Shown here piece by piece: positions 27,721 through 41,778 of a stretch of DNA of 64,000 nucleotides. The number at the start of each line of letters is the position of its first letter. Within the stretch, counting starts at the first letter, position 1. The notes below the pieces were generated by a model. That model was given only the letters and a program-made list of their open reading frames with translations, was not told the origin of the DNA and made no database searches. This DNA comes from Octopus vulgaris. Lineage: Eukaryota. The stretch covers positions 18,042,001 to 18,106,000 of the forward strand of contig OX597832.1 of assembly GCA_951406725.2 (NCBI GenBank), read 5' to 3'. The position numbers and the translations under genes are program-made.

Positions 27721-28135
27721 TACTCTTTTACTCTCTTTTACTTGTTTCAGTCATTTGACTGCGGCCATGCTGGAGCACCACCTTTAGTCGAGCAAATCGA
27801 CCCCGGGACTTATTCTTTGTAAGCCAGTACTTATTCTATCAGTCTCTTTTGCCGAACCGCTAAGTGACGGGGACGTAAACACACCAGCATCGGTTGTCAA
27901 GCAATGCTAGGGGGACAAACACAGACACACAAACACACATACATACATATATATATATATATACATATCTACGACAGGCTTCTTTCAGTTTCTGTCTACC
28001 AAATCCACTCACAAGGCATTGGTCGGCCCGGGGCTATAGCAGAAGACACTTGCCCAAGATGCCACGCAGTGGGACTGAATCCGGAACCATGTGGTTGTTT
28101 AGCAAGCTACTGACCACACAGCCACTCCTGCGCCT
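27721..28135 (-). mobile_element. SINE family A, young full-length copy
   Basis: Very similar to 16149-16562. Confidence 0.9.
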
Positions 28136-29659
28136 AAAAATGAAGGAGCGATTATTAGGTTCTCTTTCTCTCTAATAATTTCATCCCTTTCCTCGTATTC
28201 ACATATGATACTTTCGGCTTATTCTCCAATCACACTAACTTATCCTCGGCGTCCATTTATGTATAGATCTGTAGACATTTTTAATATACACACAAACACG
28301 TATACGTACACCTATATCAACTGAGATTGAGATGGTGGGGGAGAGACCGAGGGAGAGATGTAACTCTATGAGTGAAGGAGGCGTGTGAGTGTGGTGAAAG
28401 TGTGACGGGGTGCAATAGAAGCGGCGGATAATATTATGGGAGATTTCAAATGTAGGATGAATGTGAAATTCTCTAATCAACAGCCGCCCCCCCCCCCACT
28501 CGCTCTCTTTCTCGCTCCTCATAAATAACAAGCATGAGATTATAATGTGTGCTTCTTCTAACTGCCATCATAATAGCTAGTTACAGTGATTGAGATTGTG
28601 ACGAGCGACGGCGACGTAAAGGGACAAGACTACAGAGAGAGTGAAAGAGTGAGAGAGTGAGAGCTATAAAAATTTGAAAGAAGTAAAAGTGACAGAGAGG
28701 TAAAGGGGGTAAGTGAAAGAGTGTGAGAGTTTAAAGAGGGTGTTATTAAGAGATAGAAAGGGAGAGAAACACCAAGGGAATGATGTATTGGAGAGAAAGA
28801 GACAGAGTGATGAAGAGAAAAACGGTAACGGAAGCAATGAAGAGAGATTAATGAGGGAGACGTTATGTGAGAAATGGACCTAATAAGAAGCTAGTGAGAA
28901 AGGGGGAAATACAGAACGAAACACAGAGAAAAAGGGACAGAGATTTAGAGGGACAGAGAGAAAAAGAATGGTAGAGGCAGAGGGAGAGAAAGAGAAAGAG
29001 AAAGAGAAAGGGCGAGACAGAGGGAGAGGGAGAAAGAGAAGGTTGAGAGACTGAGTGGTATGTGAAGGAATCAAAGGCTAAAGAAAATAAGGGCAGGGTG
29101 TGGCGGATACAAAACAAAAATATAAAACGACACAAATACGCATATATATATACACATATCCAAATTTGTCCACATAGCATAGATGAGTATTCATATACAT
29201 AAATATACAAAAATAGAGAAAGAAGGAAAGAAGGGTGGGAGAGAAATAAAACCTGGGAGGGGTGATAACTGTTATTTTAATAATAAGGGGAGACGAAAGC
29301 AGAGCAATATGGTGGAAAACGGCGTAAAAATTACCGCCAACAGATGAAAATATTTATGTGAATGAGAATGGCGTGAATTAGTGGTTTCGGAAGTGATGTG
29401 GTTGCTTATTTATTAGGCTACGCTTGTTATTTTCTCTTCCCTTGTTTAGCCACTAATAATATGTTGTTGGCGTTTATGTGGAGCGGGGTTTAGCGAATTC
29501 ACGTCTGATTCAGCGAAAGAACGGATGAAACCAACCCAAATATTCAATCGTCCAGCCTGCCAACAAACCAGCCAAGCAAACAGTATGCTTCTCAGGCAGC
29601 CAACAAGCACGTCAAGTAACGAAGCAAGGAATTGACGTGTTAAGACTCTTCGGGAGTAA

Positions 29660-29876
29660 TGCTCTCCAATTTTGGCAGAAATCCAGCAATTTTAAGGGAA
29701 GCGGGGGCAAATCGACTACATCGACCGCTGCATTTGACGGATGTTTCATGTTATCGATCTGAAAGGATTAAAGGTAAAGTTCACCTCGGTAGGAATTGAA
29801 TTCATAATATAAAGAGCCGGTAAATATACCGTAAAGCATTTTCTCCGAGGAGCTAACGATTTGGCCAGCTCGCCGC
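29660..29876 (-). mobile_element. SINE family B, diverged
   Basis: gaaaggattaaaggtaaagttcacctcgg...gctaacgatttggccagctcgccg matches the reverse complement of the head and core. Confidence 0.7.
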
Positions 29877-29916
29877 TCTACTCTTTAGTAGAGTTCTTTC
29901 AAATTATTATTTTATT

Positions 29917-30118
29917 TAAGGCGTCGAGTAGGCAGAATCGTTAACAGTGTTGGCAAAATGCTTTGTTATATTTCGTACGTCTTATGTTCAGCGTTCAAAT
30001 CCCGACGCGGCCGATTTTACATTTCGGTGTTGATAAACAAAGTACCAGCTAATCACTTGGGTCTATGTAATCGACTTCACTTCTCACGCAAAATTATAAT
30101 CCTTGTGCTAGAATTTAA
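29917..30118 (+). mobile_element. SINE family B, diverged
   Basis: aaggcgtcgagtaggcagaatcgttaac...gttcaaatccc...aagtaccagc. Confidence 0.7.
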
Positions 30119-30299
30119 ATCCAAGGGCAATAATATTAGAAGAAGGGGTCAAATCGACTTTATCGAGCCTTAGAAGTAGTCCTATATCTTATGGACACGA
30201 ATGCATAGCACAATTTGAATTCAAGATGTAAAGGGGCGGAAGAAATGAGGTACCACAATTCTACCAACCCGCTGCTCTACTTTTTGATGTTTGTTGTTG

Positions 30300-30600
30300 T
30301 TGCTTGTTCCTTCGCGAGCCATGCCTGGCTCATAAGGGCCGGTATCTAGGTTTGCTTGGCGTATAGGTTCCCCACATGGACATGACATCGGTCCGTCGCA
30401 GGTGAGATGCAAGATGCAGGAGGAAAGAAAGAGAGAAAGTTGTGGCGAAGGAGTCAGCAGATGCTCGCCGTTACCTTCTGCTGGAGAGTCGTGGAGTTTA
30501 GGTGTTTCGCTCATAAGCACACACATCACTCGGTCTGAGATTCGAAACCACGATCCTTCGACCGCGAGACTGCTGCCCTAACCACTAGGCCATGTGTCCT
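30300..30600 (-). mobile_element. SINE family D (tRNA-like head)
   Basis: Minus-strand head tggcctagtggttagggcag...gtttcgaatc (A/B boxes); related copies at 41440-41778 and 63935-64000. Confidence 0.8.
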
Positions 30601-30736
30601 GGTTTGCTCGGTTCATATGTTTCCGTTGGTTTGCGTTGAGGTGATATTTTTTAAAAGATGTTGAAGGCGCTGTGGCTGTAGTGTTAGCAATAATCTATCT
30701 GAAGGTATATAAGTGTGGAAATGGTGGTGGTGGTGG

Positions 30737-30767
<31 letters not shown>

Positions 30768-31099
30768 AAACATGATCGTGTCATGACCATGATCATGGTC
30801 ATGATGATTATGCTGATGACGATGATGATGGATGATGAAGATGAAGATTCTAATCAGGCTGATGGTTATGATGATGATGATGATCATCATCATCATCAAA
30901 ATGCTGTTAGTTTTGGTAGTGATGATGAGGATGCTACTGACAAAAGACGGCGGCACTGATGAAAGGAAGTACGAAGAATATGGGACGATAATTTATAACG
31001 ATCACGGATGATGGCGACGAGGAGGACGACGAGGAGGAGGAGTGGGCGGGCAATTAGGATTTAGAAACGATGTTGATGTTGGTGACATTGTAGACGATT

Positions 31100-31277
31100 A
31101 TGATGATGAAAATGACGATGATGATGATGATGATGATTATGATGATTATGATGATGATGATAATGATGATGACTAATTACTATGATATTATGGCTGATGT
31201 AATCATCTTTATTGTCATTGCAGACGCTGTTGCTTCTGTCGTTGGTATTGCTGATGGTATCGGGTTTACAGACATAG

Positions 31278-31349
<72 letters not shown>

Positions 31350-31398
31350 ATGCTACTAATATTACTACTACTACTACTAAAACCACAATCACCACCAC

Positions 31399-31431
<33 letters not shown>

Positions 31432-31472
31432 CAGCAGTTGTAGTAGTAGTAGTAGTAGTATTAGTAGTAGTT

Positions 31473-31514
<42 letters not shown>

Positions 31515-31524
31515 ATAGTAGTAA

Positions 31525-31555
<31 letters not shown>
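31100..31555. repeat. (GAT)n, (ACT)n and (AGT)n microsatellite block
   Basis: Direct inspection; the (ACT)n and (AGT)n blocks are mutually complementary. Confidence 0.95.
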
Positions 31556-32121
31556 TGTTTTTGGTGTAGTAGTAGTGGCACTTGTGCTGGTTATGGCGTC
31601 GATGATGATGGCAACGGTGATGTGTTACGATCGATTAGACAATTGTAGAAACGAACTCCGCCCTCAACAACATCAACATCAACAACAATTGCAATAAAAA
31701 AGATGAAAATGACTAGAAATTATTCATACACTTACACACCCACAAACACACACACACACACACACACATACGTGATTGCGTAAGACGCTTCCTAAAGTGG
31801 CCGTGTTGATCTTTATGGCTGCGGTGTTAGTGATATTGGTTATTGATAATGGTAACACTCTATGACATCGGTGCTGTAGTAGTGGATGTGTTCGTATTGA
31901 TCCTGCTCGTCCTAGGTGTGTCAGTTGCGTTGAGAGTGTTGGCGATGATGTTCAGCGGTCATTTACATGATCGCGATGTTCGAGGCGCACTATCGTGCGA
32001 CATTCTACTGAGCGGATGCGTGAATAGGTTTGTATTTATTTATGAGAGGGCAATATTGCTAACAATGGTATATTAGCCCAATGATATTTTTTATTGTGTG
32101 AGTGTGATTACACACGGTTTC

Positions 32122-32489
32122 ATTCACTTGTTTTAGTCATTTGACTGTGTCATGCTGCAGCACCACGTTTAGTTGAACAAATCGACCCTACGACTTATTC
32201 TTTGCAAGCCCAGTACTTATTAAAACGATCCCTTTGGCCGAACCGCTACGTAACTGGGACGTAAACACACCAACATCTGTTGTCTAGCGATTGTGGTGGG
32301 ACAAACACAGACACAAATAACAAATACACACATACATATACATACATATATATATATATATACGAGGGGCTTCTTTCAGTTTCCGTCTACCAAATCCACT
32401 CACAAAGCTTTGGTCGGCCCGAGTGAAACTAAACCCAGGACCGTGTGGTTGGGAAGCAAGCTTCTTACCACACAGCCACTCTTGCGCCT
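32122..32489 (-). mobile_element. SINE family A with an internal deletion
   Basis: Colinear with the other family A copies. Confidence 0.85.
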
Positions 32490-33092
32490 ATGCACATATA
32501 ATACACATATGCACATAGAACAAACTTAATACATTGTTTAAATAGACTCACTTAAAATGGTGTGTATATACATGATAATTCTGCAAAAGTCTAAGAAGAC
32601 AAATACAGGCTGAAAGGAAAAGCATTTAAAAATTTTACACGCCCGACAACGTTACCAGCGCTCCAAGTTCCCCATCGTTAAACTCAGGGACATATACTCG
32701 CTAAACACACACACACACATAGCCGCTGGAGTGACTGTGTGGTAATTAGCTTGCTTGCCAACCACATGTTTCCGGGTCCAGTCCCACTACGTATATGAAC
32801 AGATTTGTAGTGAAAAGTTTCGCAGTCTTAAACATTCGGTTCCCGTGTATCAATAACTAGATTTTCTTAATTTTCCATAAATATTTCATAACACTTTGTC
32901 ACTGGTGGTTCGGACGCTTACACTTAGGGATGAGAAGTTCTAAATTGAGAAACCTACACTCAACCAAGTATAATCTACAATGAAGATATACGCACGCCTG
33001 TGTAAGATATAATTTGAAAACATTCAAGCAAGACTCCCACATTGACGTCTTTCATATTCATGCAAGAGAAATGGAACTGTTTTCGGACGATG

Positions 33093-33119
33093 CATGTATA
33101 TATATATATGGGTGTGTGT

Positions 33120-33181
<62 letters not shown>

Positions 33182-33192
33182 CATATAAGTGT

Positions 33193-33232
<40 letters not shown>

Positions 33233-33242
33233 ATACATGTAT

Positions 33243-33297
<55 letters not shown>

Positions 33298-33335
33298 ACA
33301 TCATATGTATATATACATGTACATCATATGTATAT

Positions 33336-33376
<41 letters not shown>

Positions 33377-33447
33377 AGACAGACAGATATACAGACAGAC
33401 AGAGAAAGAGAGTAAGGGGAGGGTGAGAGAAGTATATGGATACTTTA

Positions 33448-33504
<57 letters not shown>

Positions 33505-33551
33505 TACATACATACATACATACATGCATGCATGCATACACACATACATAC

Positions 33552-33638
<87 letters not shown>

Positions 33639-34377
33639 ATGTGTATGTTTATAGTGGATGCTATACTCAGATATATATAAACACATACACACATGCAACT
33701 ATGGTGGTGTATGTGTTACATAGTGCATATGCATTTATGTTTATTTATGCATGTGTGTGCATATGTATGTCCACGCACCTTCGCTTACGTACACACTAAT
33801 CCCTCACATCTTTACAGGTCGTTTTGTGACATATATCAAAGCTATTGCGCTAGTTACTCTTACGCACGCACACACACGTTCCGACAGGACACTAACACAC
33901 ATACAAAAAAAAAAAAAAAGAACAACAAGAAAAAAAATCCTAGGATATAATGTTAAAAAAAAGACACCGAACGAACATGAAAGGCAAAGAGAGAAAAAAT
34001 ATATCTTTAAGTAACACAAAAACAACAAAAAAACGTGCAAAAAAAACCTAAACTAATACACTCACACACCTTCACAAAAGGGAACGAGCTACGCCAGCAT
34101 TGGCACAAAAACCAAAAATATATATACATATATATACAAACAAGCATGGTAAATAAGTAAACAAAGATATATAAGGAATCAAATCATTTATTAACGAGGC
34201 CTAAGAAATGTGACAAACAGTTAAGACTTAGAATGCATTAGGTAATGTCTATTAGGTATGATATATCTATCCTTTTGAAGTAAGCATTAAGGACATTAAA
34301 GATGGGTTGTATGAACACAGTGGACTGATACAAGTAACAGACACATATATATATACGTATATATACATATATATATA

Positions 34378-34434
<57 letters not shown>

Positions 34435-34705
34435 GTATATATACATATACATATATATATGTATATATGTGTGTATATATATATATATGTATACGTATAT
34501 AAATATATGTGTATATATACGTATATATATATATATATGTGTGTGTATGCATATATATATATATATATATATGTGTATGTGTGTATATATATATGCATAT
34601 ACATAGATAATTATATATATATATATATATATATAGATAGATAGATAGATAGATACATATTTATTTGTGTGTATGTGTTTTGGTGTCTAATGACGATATG
34701 TATGT

Positions 34706-34792
<87 letters not shown>

Positions 34793-34990
34793 TGTGTGTG
34801 TATCTATGTATATACATATATATATATATTTACACACGCACACACACATATACACACACACACACACACATATATATCTATATATGGACATATATGAATG
34901 TATGTACCTATGTATGCATAAACGTATATACACAATGTCGTTTCTTTATTGAGGGCAAAAGCGTGTACACTATAAGTGCTACACTGTGTA
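33093..34990. repeat. Dense (TA)n/(CA)n/(AG)n dinucleotide region with short unique spacers
   Basis: Direct inspection; source of the YI/HT/ER pseudo-ORFs. Confidence 0.9.
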
Positions 34991-36361
34991 TATGTGTATA
35001 AATGTGAGAGTGTGAGCGAGCGATTAAGAGAAAGTGTGACTTAATGAGTGAGTGAATGAGTGAGTGATTGAGAGAGTGAGAGTGTGTGTGAGTGATTGAG
35101 TGAGTGTCCTTCTATGGATATTCGGAAGAGGAAAAGCAAACTACACCTATCCCAGGTGCGCTTATGAAATCCTTGTTTTGTCTTATCTCCACAATATTGC
35201 CTTCCTTTCTCCTCCTCATTCTTCTCAGACCGTGTCACCGCCACCACCACCACCACCACTACCACCATCATCATCATCATCATCACCATCATCATCATCG
35301 TCTTAGACATCATTGTAATCTAAATAATGATCATGAACTTGACCATCATCATCATCGCCGCATTCATTACTATTAATGTTATTATTATTATTAACATTAT
35401 TAATATTGTTGTTGTTGTTGTTGTTATTATTATTATTTTTTTTTTGCCATGATCATGATCATGAAGATGATGATGATGATGATGATGATGATCATCATCA
35501 TCATCATGATCATTATTATTATTATTATTACAATATGTCTTCGTTTTTTGTTACGATTGCTCTTCTCTTTATATTTTCTTGGCATTAGTACTATTATCAT
35601 TTCGTTTTCTTTCTTTCCTTCTCATTTGTCTTATTCTTTAGTCTCGTTCCTTTGATTAATATTTCTGTTTTTGTTTGTTTTTTTTTTGCTTATTTACGTT
35701 TTGATGTATAAGACACATTAAAGGGAGAAGACAGCATAAAATGGTCGTTTGTGTTGTATATTATGTTCTACGTGATTCCAGGACGGTGACTTTGGTCTGT
35801 AGGTGTGGGTTTAACCTGCTTAGACATCTAAGAATATGTTAAAGTAAATGTATATTTGTTTTTTTATTTCATGCAAACATACACGCTCATAAAGAGACAG
35901 CAATATAGATAGATACCCTAGATAGTCTCATTTATATATATACACAAATATATGTATGTTTGTATGTATGTATATATGTATGTATGTATATATATATTTA
36001 TATATATATATATATATGTATATATATGTATATATATATATATAATTGTGTGTGTGTATAGACACATAACGAAAGAGTCAGAGAAAAGCTTACGAGTAAA
36101 TGTATACTACACGAATGAGAGCACTCAACTATATTATGTGTGTGTGTGCATTTTTGTTTCTTTATATTGGTGTACTGTGTATTTCTTGTTTATTTTATAC
36201 CTACGTGAGATGTTTTTATATTGATAGCTTTTTTTTGTGTGTCTGATGGATATAAACTTATATTCGTGTGAGTGTATTGATATGCACACTTACGTACATG
36301 CATATATAACAGCATACTTACATACATGCTTACATATTCATATATACATAAACATCAACAC

Positions 36362-36426
<65 letters not shown>

Positions 36427-36485
36427 ATACATACATAAACAATTATACATACACTCATACATATGCACAATCTCTCTCTCTCTAC

Positions 36486-36550
<65 letters not shown>

Positions 36551-37423
36551 CACACATTTGTATGTGTATTGCATTTATGTATGCATATACGTATTTATAA
36601 GTGGATCTCTGATTTAAACCACGTTGGTCAAAAAGCTCTATGAAGCACGGTTAAGATTTAACATTTTTTTTAATGTCTCAGCCTATCTTTCTAAGTAATA
36701 TCTTTTTGAACAGCTTACATCGTGTGTAAACATAGGTGCTGTGATACGGTGTCAAACTTCTAAATCTTTGAAAATTCTGGAAATCTATATTATATCGGAT
36801 CAATCATAATATATATCGTATCTAAAATTACGTTATGCACAAAATACATGTTTAATATTTAAAGAGATTCATATCACCATTATAGTGAGAAAGAGAAATA
36901 TTTATTTACTATGTCTAGCAGATTGAATAATCCAATGAGGGTACACCCGCAATTGGATCGTTTGATGAGAACTTGCAATAGAGGTGTAAATTGTCAGACG
37001 ATATTTATTAATGAAACGAGATTGAAAAATTTAACATCGACGGTCACAATCCGAACCATGATGCCGATGACAATAATGATGATGAGGAGGAGGAGGCAGC
37101 TGATGAAGACAACAATGACGATGATGGCAAGAACGATGGGTGGATAAAGACGAGCTGAGGAATGAAGACTCCCTCCAATGAACGGTTCTTCTGTCACTAG
37201 CGTAGGATGTGTACATCGTTCTCTTCTAAGAGTGTTTCTCTCGTTTTATTCAATAATATAACAATTTATAAAGGCAGGTATCGAACATTTACATGCACAC
37301 TAATAAGCAATATCTATATTAGTTGTAAAAACATCACTAATATTACTTTCACTCTTACCAAAATCACTTTTATACAATTTATATGATATCTATGAGAGAC
37401 AACATGGATTAAACATACATACG

Positions 37424-37481
<58 letters not shown>

Positions 37482-37602
37482 TAAATTAGAGACAAAACCA
37501 CTATTAGGCAAATCAAACAATGAAAAACTTAAGCCATTACATAAGATTATTTCATTTATATTATTTAAATATATAACAAAATTATTAAAAAAATATAATT
37601 AA

Positions 37603-37680
37603 TATCACACTACGATCGTTTCATGCCTGCTAACTTCTTCAAATTTTTGAGTCGCAGTCATTCATCAGGTGGTTTAAATA
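37603..37680 (-). ncRNA. Type-I hammerhead ribozyme motif within a ~200 bp insert (37483-37680) next to (TA)n
   Basis: Minus strand: ccac CTGATGA atg-a-ctgc...gcag-g-cat GAAA CGATCG TA gtg. Complete core, palindromic helix III ACGATCGT, GUA triplet; helix I is only ~3 bp. Confidence 0.7.
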
Positions 37681-37701
37681 TACATATTTATTGATAGATA
37701 G

Positions 37702-37732
<31 letters not shown>

Positions 37733-38118
37733 CATATATATGTACACACACACGCACAAAGATGTTCATTCAACATACTCAACATATGCAAATTATTAAA
37801 TGTCATATATTCTTTCCAGATTTAAGACATACTACGAACACAACACCCTGCTCGTACCCCCACGGATTTATATAGACATACATACTTCGATAGACACACT
37901 CACACATGCCACCAAACGCAAACTCAAACACATAATCACACACACACACCCCAACAAAAACATACCCATACATAAACACGTATCTACGCAAACACCAACA
38001 CACTTCTAATACGTTTTTACTCAGATGCACTTTAGAAAGAAACAGTGATATGTACAGTTGCACAAGTATATTCATTGGACTCGCTTTTTCCATACACACA
38101 CGTACGTGCAGTGCACAG

Positions 38119-38149
<31 letters not shown>

Positions 38150-38540
38150 TGCACGCTCACACACGCTCACACACATACTTCAAAGTATCTGTGTTCATAC
38201 CACAACCTACGCAGTCATACACCCGTTACTTAAACACACATGCACGCACAACGCCTTAAATCCAAGGATTATATCTCAACGGATATGATTTAAATATCAA
38301 CGCCAGCCAAACTGAAGACGTTTCGATACATCGTAATATTTCACAGGATATAGGAAGAAAAAAAAATGACTGCAAACAAAATAAAATGAATTATGACAAA
38401 TATGAACGAAAAAAATGAAACAAAATGGAAGACGGATAGAAATAGAGGAAACCAGAACGAGGCTGCCGGCTGATAAACAAACATGCCATCACGTGATCGG
38501 CTTCCACAGTGCTTTCTTGATGATGGAAATCAACGGGGGC

Positions 38541-38612
<72 letters not shown>

Positions 38613-38629
38613 TACTACTATTATTATTA

Positions 38630-38684
<55 letters not shown>

Positions 38685-38993
38685 CATTATTATTATTTTT
38701 TTGTTTTCTGTTTTCTAATTAGATTCTTTCTATGGTGATTTCTTTCATGTTTTCATTCGTTTTTGGAATCCTTCCCTCATGTTAATTTAGTCACTAATCT
38801 GCATATTCACTCTCACAATCCGTCAGTCATATTCTTTAGTTAGTCAGTCCGTGATTCACTAAAGGATTGCATCACCAAGTTACTCTCTAGGGTTATGTCT
38901 CTCTCTTTCTTCCCTTCAATTATTCTCTGAATCATGTCACCACACACTCATTCCTATCATATGTATATGCATGCACGCATACGCACACCCACA

Positions 38994-39058
<65 letters not shown>

Positions 39059-39130
39059 GTATATATACACACACACATTTCATTATATCCATAAGATTAT
39101 AGCTATCAGTTTCTCCCTCTCTCTCTCTCT

Positions 39131-39165
<35 letters not shown>

Positions 39166-39241
39166 AAGAAAGAGAGAGAGAGAGAGAAAGACAGATAGAT
39201 ACATATGTACATACATATATCCATATATATGATATATAATG

Positions 39242-39301
<60 letters not shown>

Positions 39302-40141
39302 ATATACATACACATACATATATAGAGATACACATATATGCAATGTTTGATACATTATATACACGCATACACACACACACACACGAACGCATGCGTATAC
39401 TTACACGTCTATACATTTTCTTGCATATCTATGCATCTCTCCTTCTCTCCACCTCTTCCTCTCCATCTCTCTAACTCCCTCACTCACTCCCTCTGTCTCT
39501 ATCTTTCTTGCACACCCGTGATTGCCTCACCTCTTTCTCTGTATTCATTTATCTATCTATACGTGTAGCTGTCACCATCGTAGAGAGACTCGATATGTAG
39601 TCACTCACTGCATTACACTAATGAACGCTTTACAAAGCCATTTCTTTCCTAGAATCTATCAGACATATTTTTATCCTTGTCTCTACCTCCATGGCGTGGC
39701 ACTCCTACATCACTCTCTCTCTTTCCTCTATCTCCCTCTCGCTCTCCTCCACTTCATTTTTCTCTTTTTCTCCTCCACTTTCATCTCGCTCTACCTCTGT
39801 ATTGATCCCTCAGGTTACCACCCAGGCATCTATCTCTTCTTTCTACCCCTTCTCTACCTTTTCGTTCTTCACTGCGTACTTTTTTCTCGTCTTTGTACCC
39901 TTTTCTCAGTTTTGCAGGGCTCTCATTTTCTCTGTCACTAGACATTATGCTTTTGAGCATTCTGTTTCTCACTCTCTTCTTCATTCAGAATATCTTCTCC
40001 GCGTCGCTCTCTCTCCCTCCGATAGATCTAACACCAGCTTTGATCCTTTCCTCACTCCCTTGCTATATGTTTATCTTGCTTTCTTTCGTTTTTATCCGTC
40101 CATATATATATCTTATATATATATATATATCCATATATATA

Positions 40142-40297
<156 letters not shown>

Positions 40298-41091
40298 CAC
40301 ATACACACACACACACTTATATATATATATATATACATTCATATATGTATACATAATGTATATATATATATGTGCGTGGGTATGTGTGTATATATATATA
40401 TACGATGTATGTGTGTGTATGAATGTAAATATGTATATATATTTATGTGTATGTATATCTGTATGTATGTATCTATGAATGTTTATATACGTCTATGTAT
40501 ATATATATACATACATACGTACATACATATGTCTGTATACTTCTGTATATGTATATGAACAGTGGTTTATACATACAAAAACGAATATATATGCATAGTT
40601 AGACATACACACGCTCGCGTACACACACACAAACACTCACACACAGAAACACACACACACACGCACACACTGGCACACACACACACACACACACGCACTC
40701 TATACTACTCAAATAATCCCTCACACAATCCCCTCGCCGCGCTGCCTCCCACAGTGTTGTTCAATGCCCTACAGAACACAGCAGGTGATAAACATGAAGA
40801 AATCCGTAAGAATCTCAAGAAGAGGAAACTAAGACAGGAATTCCACTTCCTTCCAGAAACATCGCTGAGAGATGATGAACAAGGAGTTAAATGATTCGTG
40901 TGTTCTTATTGCTGCTAATACATTACCGACTGAGACCATCTGACAAACGTGGACTCTACACACAGGAATAAACACGTTGCTTGTGGTTTTTACCATTTTC
41001 ATATTCATCTCCGTGGTCGTGGTAGTGTTGGTGGCGATGGTAGCGATTGTAACGATGGTGGTGGTGTTGTTGTTGATGTTATTGTATGCTG

Positions 41092-41330
41092 CTTCTTCTT
41101 CTCCTTCTTCTCCTTCTCCTCCTCCTCCTTCTTCTCCTTCTTTTCCTCCTCTTTTCCCCTTCCACTTCCTCCTCCTATTTCTTCTTCTTCTCCTCCTTCT
41201 TCTTCTTTTCTTCTTCTTCTCCTTCTTCTTCTTCTTCTTCTTCTTCTTCTCCTCCTTCTCCTCCCCTCCTCTTCATCTTCCTTCTCCTCTTTTCTTCTTC
41301 TTCTTCTTCTTCTTCTTCTTCTTCTTCTTC
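41092..41330. repeat. (TTC)n/(TCC)n homopyrimidine tract
   Basis: Direct inspection. Confidence 0.95.
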
Positions 41331-41439
41331 CAATCGGGACTCACGTCATTAGCCACAAAGAATAATCTCTAATTCGAGCCTACTCTAAGCTACCAAAAAT
41401 GCGTGTGGCAACTTGAAGATCCACTCACCACACTCGAGA

Positions 41440-41778
41440 GGCTAGCGGTTGCACGGGCGCGAACCTACGTTGCTATCCTCATTCCGTAAACGGTAACTTT
41501 TACCGGGTGGATAGCTGAACCACCCTGGGGCACAGAGGATTCGCAATCTAAACTAGGGTCTGAAAGTTTACCACACCATGGTTCCTCTGCTTTGTGGCAG
41601 AAGTAAGAGGAAATAGTGAAAGAAATTTGTAGTGAAAGAGTACAGCGCGGTTCACCCCCATTTCAGAGGCACGTGCAACTTAGGTGTTTTTGCTCAATAA
41701 ACACTCACAATGCCTGGTCTGACCGCGTTCTTACGACCATGAGTCCACTGCCCTAACCACTGGGACATTGCGCCTCCA
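41440..41778 (-). mobile_element. SINE family D, diverged
   Basis: ccctaaccactgggacattgcgcct head; gaaatttgtagtgaaagagtacagc body as in 30300-30600. Confidence 0.65.

Noticed and set aside
38312-38348. Minus-strand ctgtga...GAAACGTC hammerhead-like string
   Set aside because: The core lacks a base and no helix I can form.
40757-40894. Plus-strand acceptor-like ctacag with a nearby gtaaga and a lysine-rich short frame
   Set aside because: Weak pyrimidine tract, tiny exon and no recognisable protein similarity.
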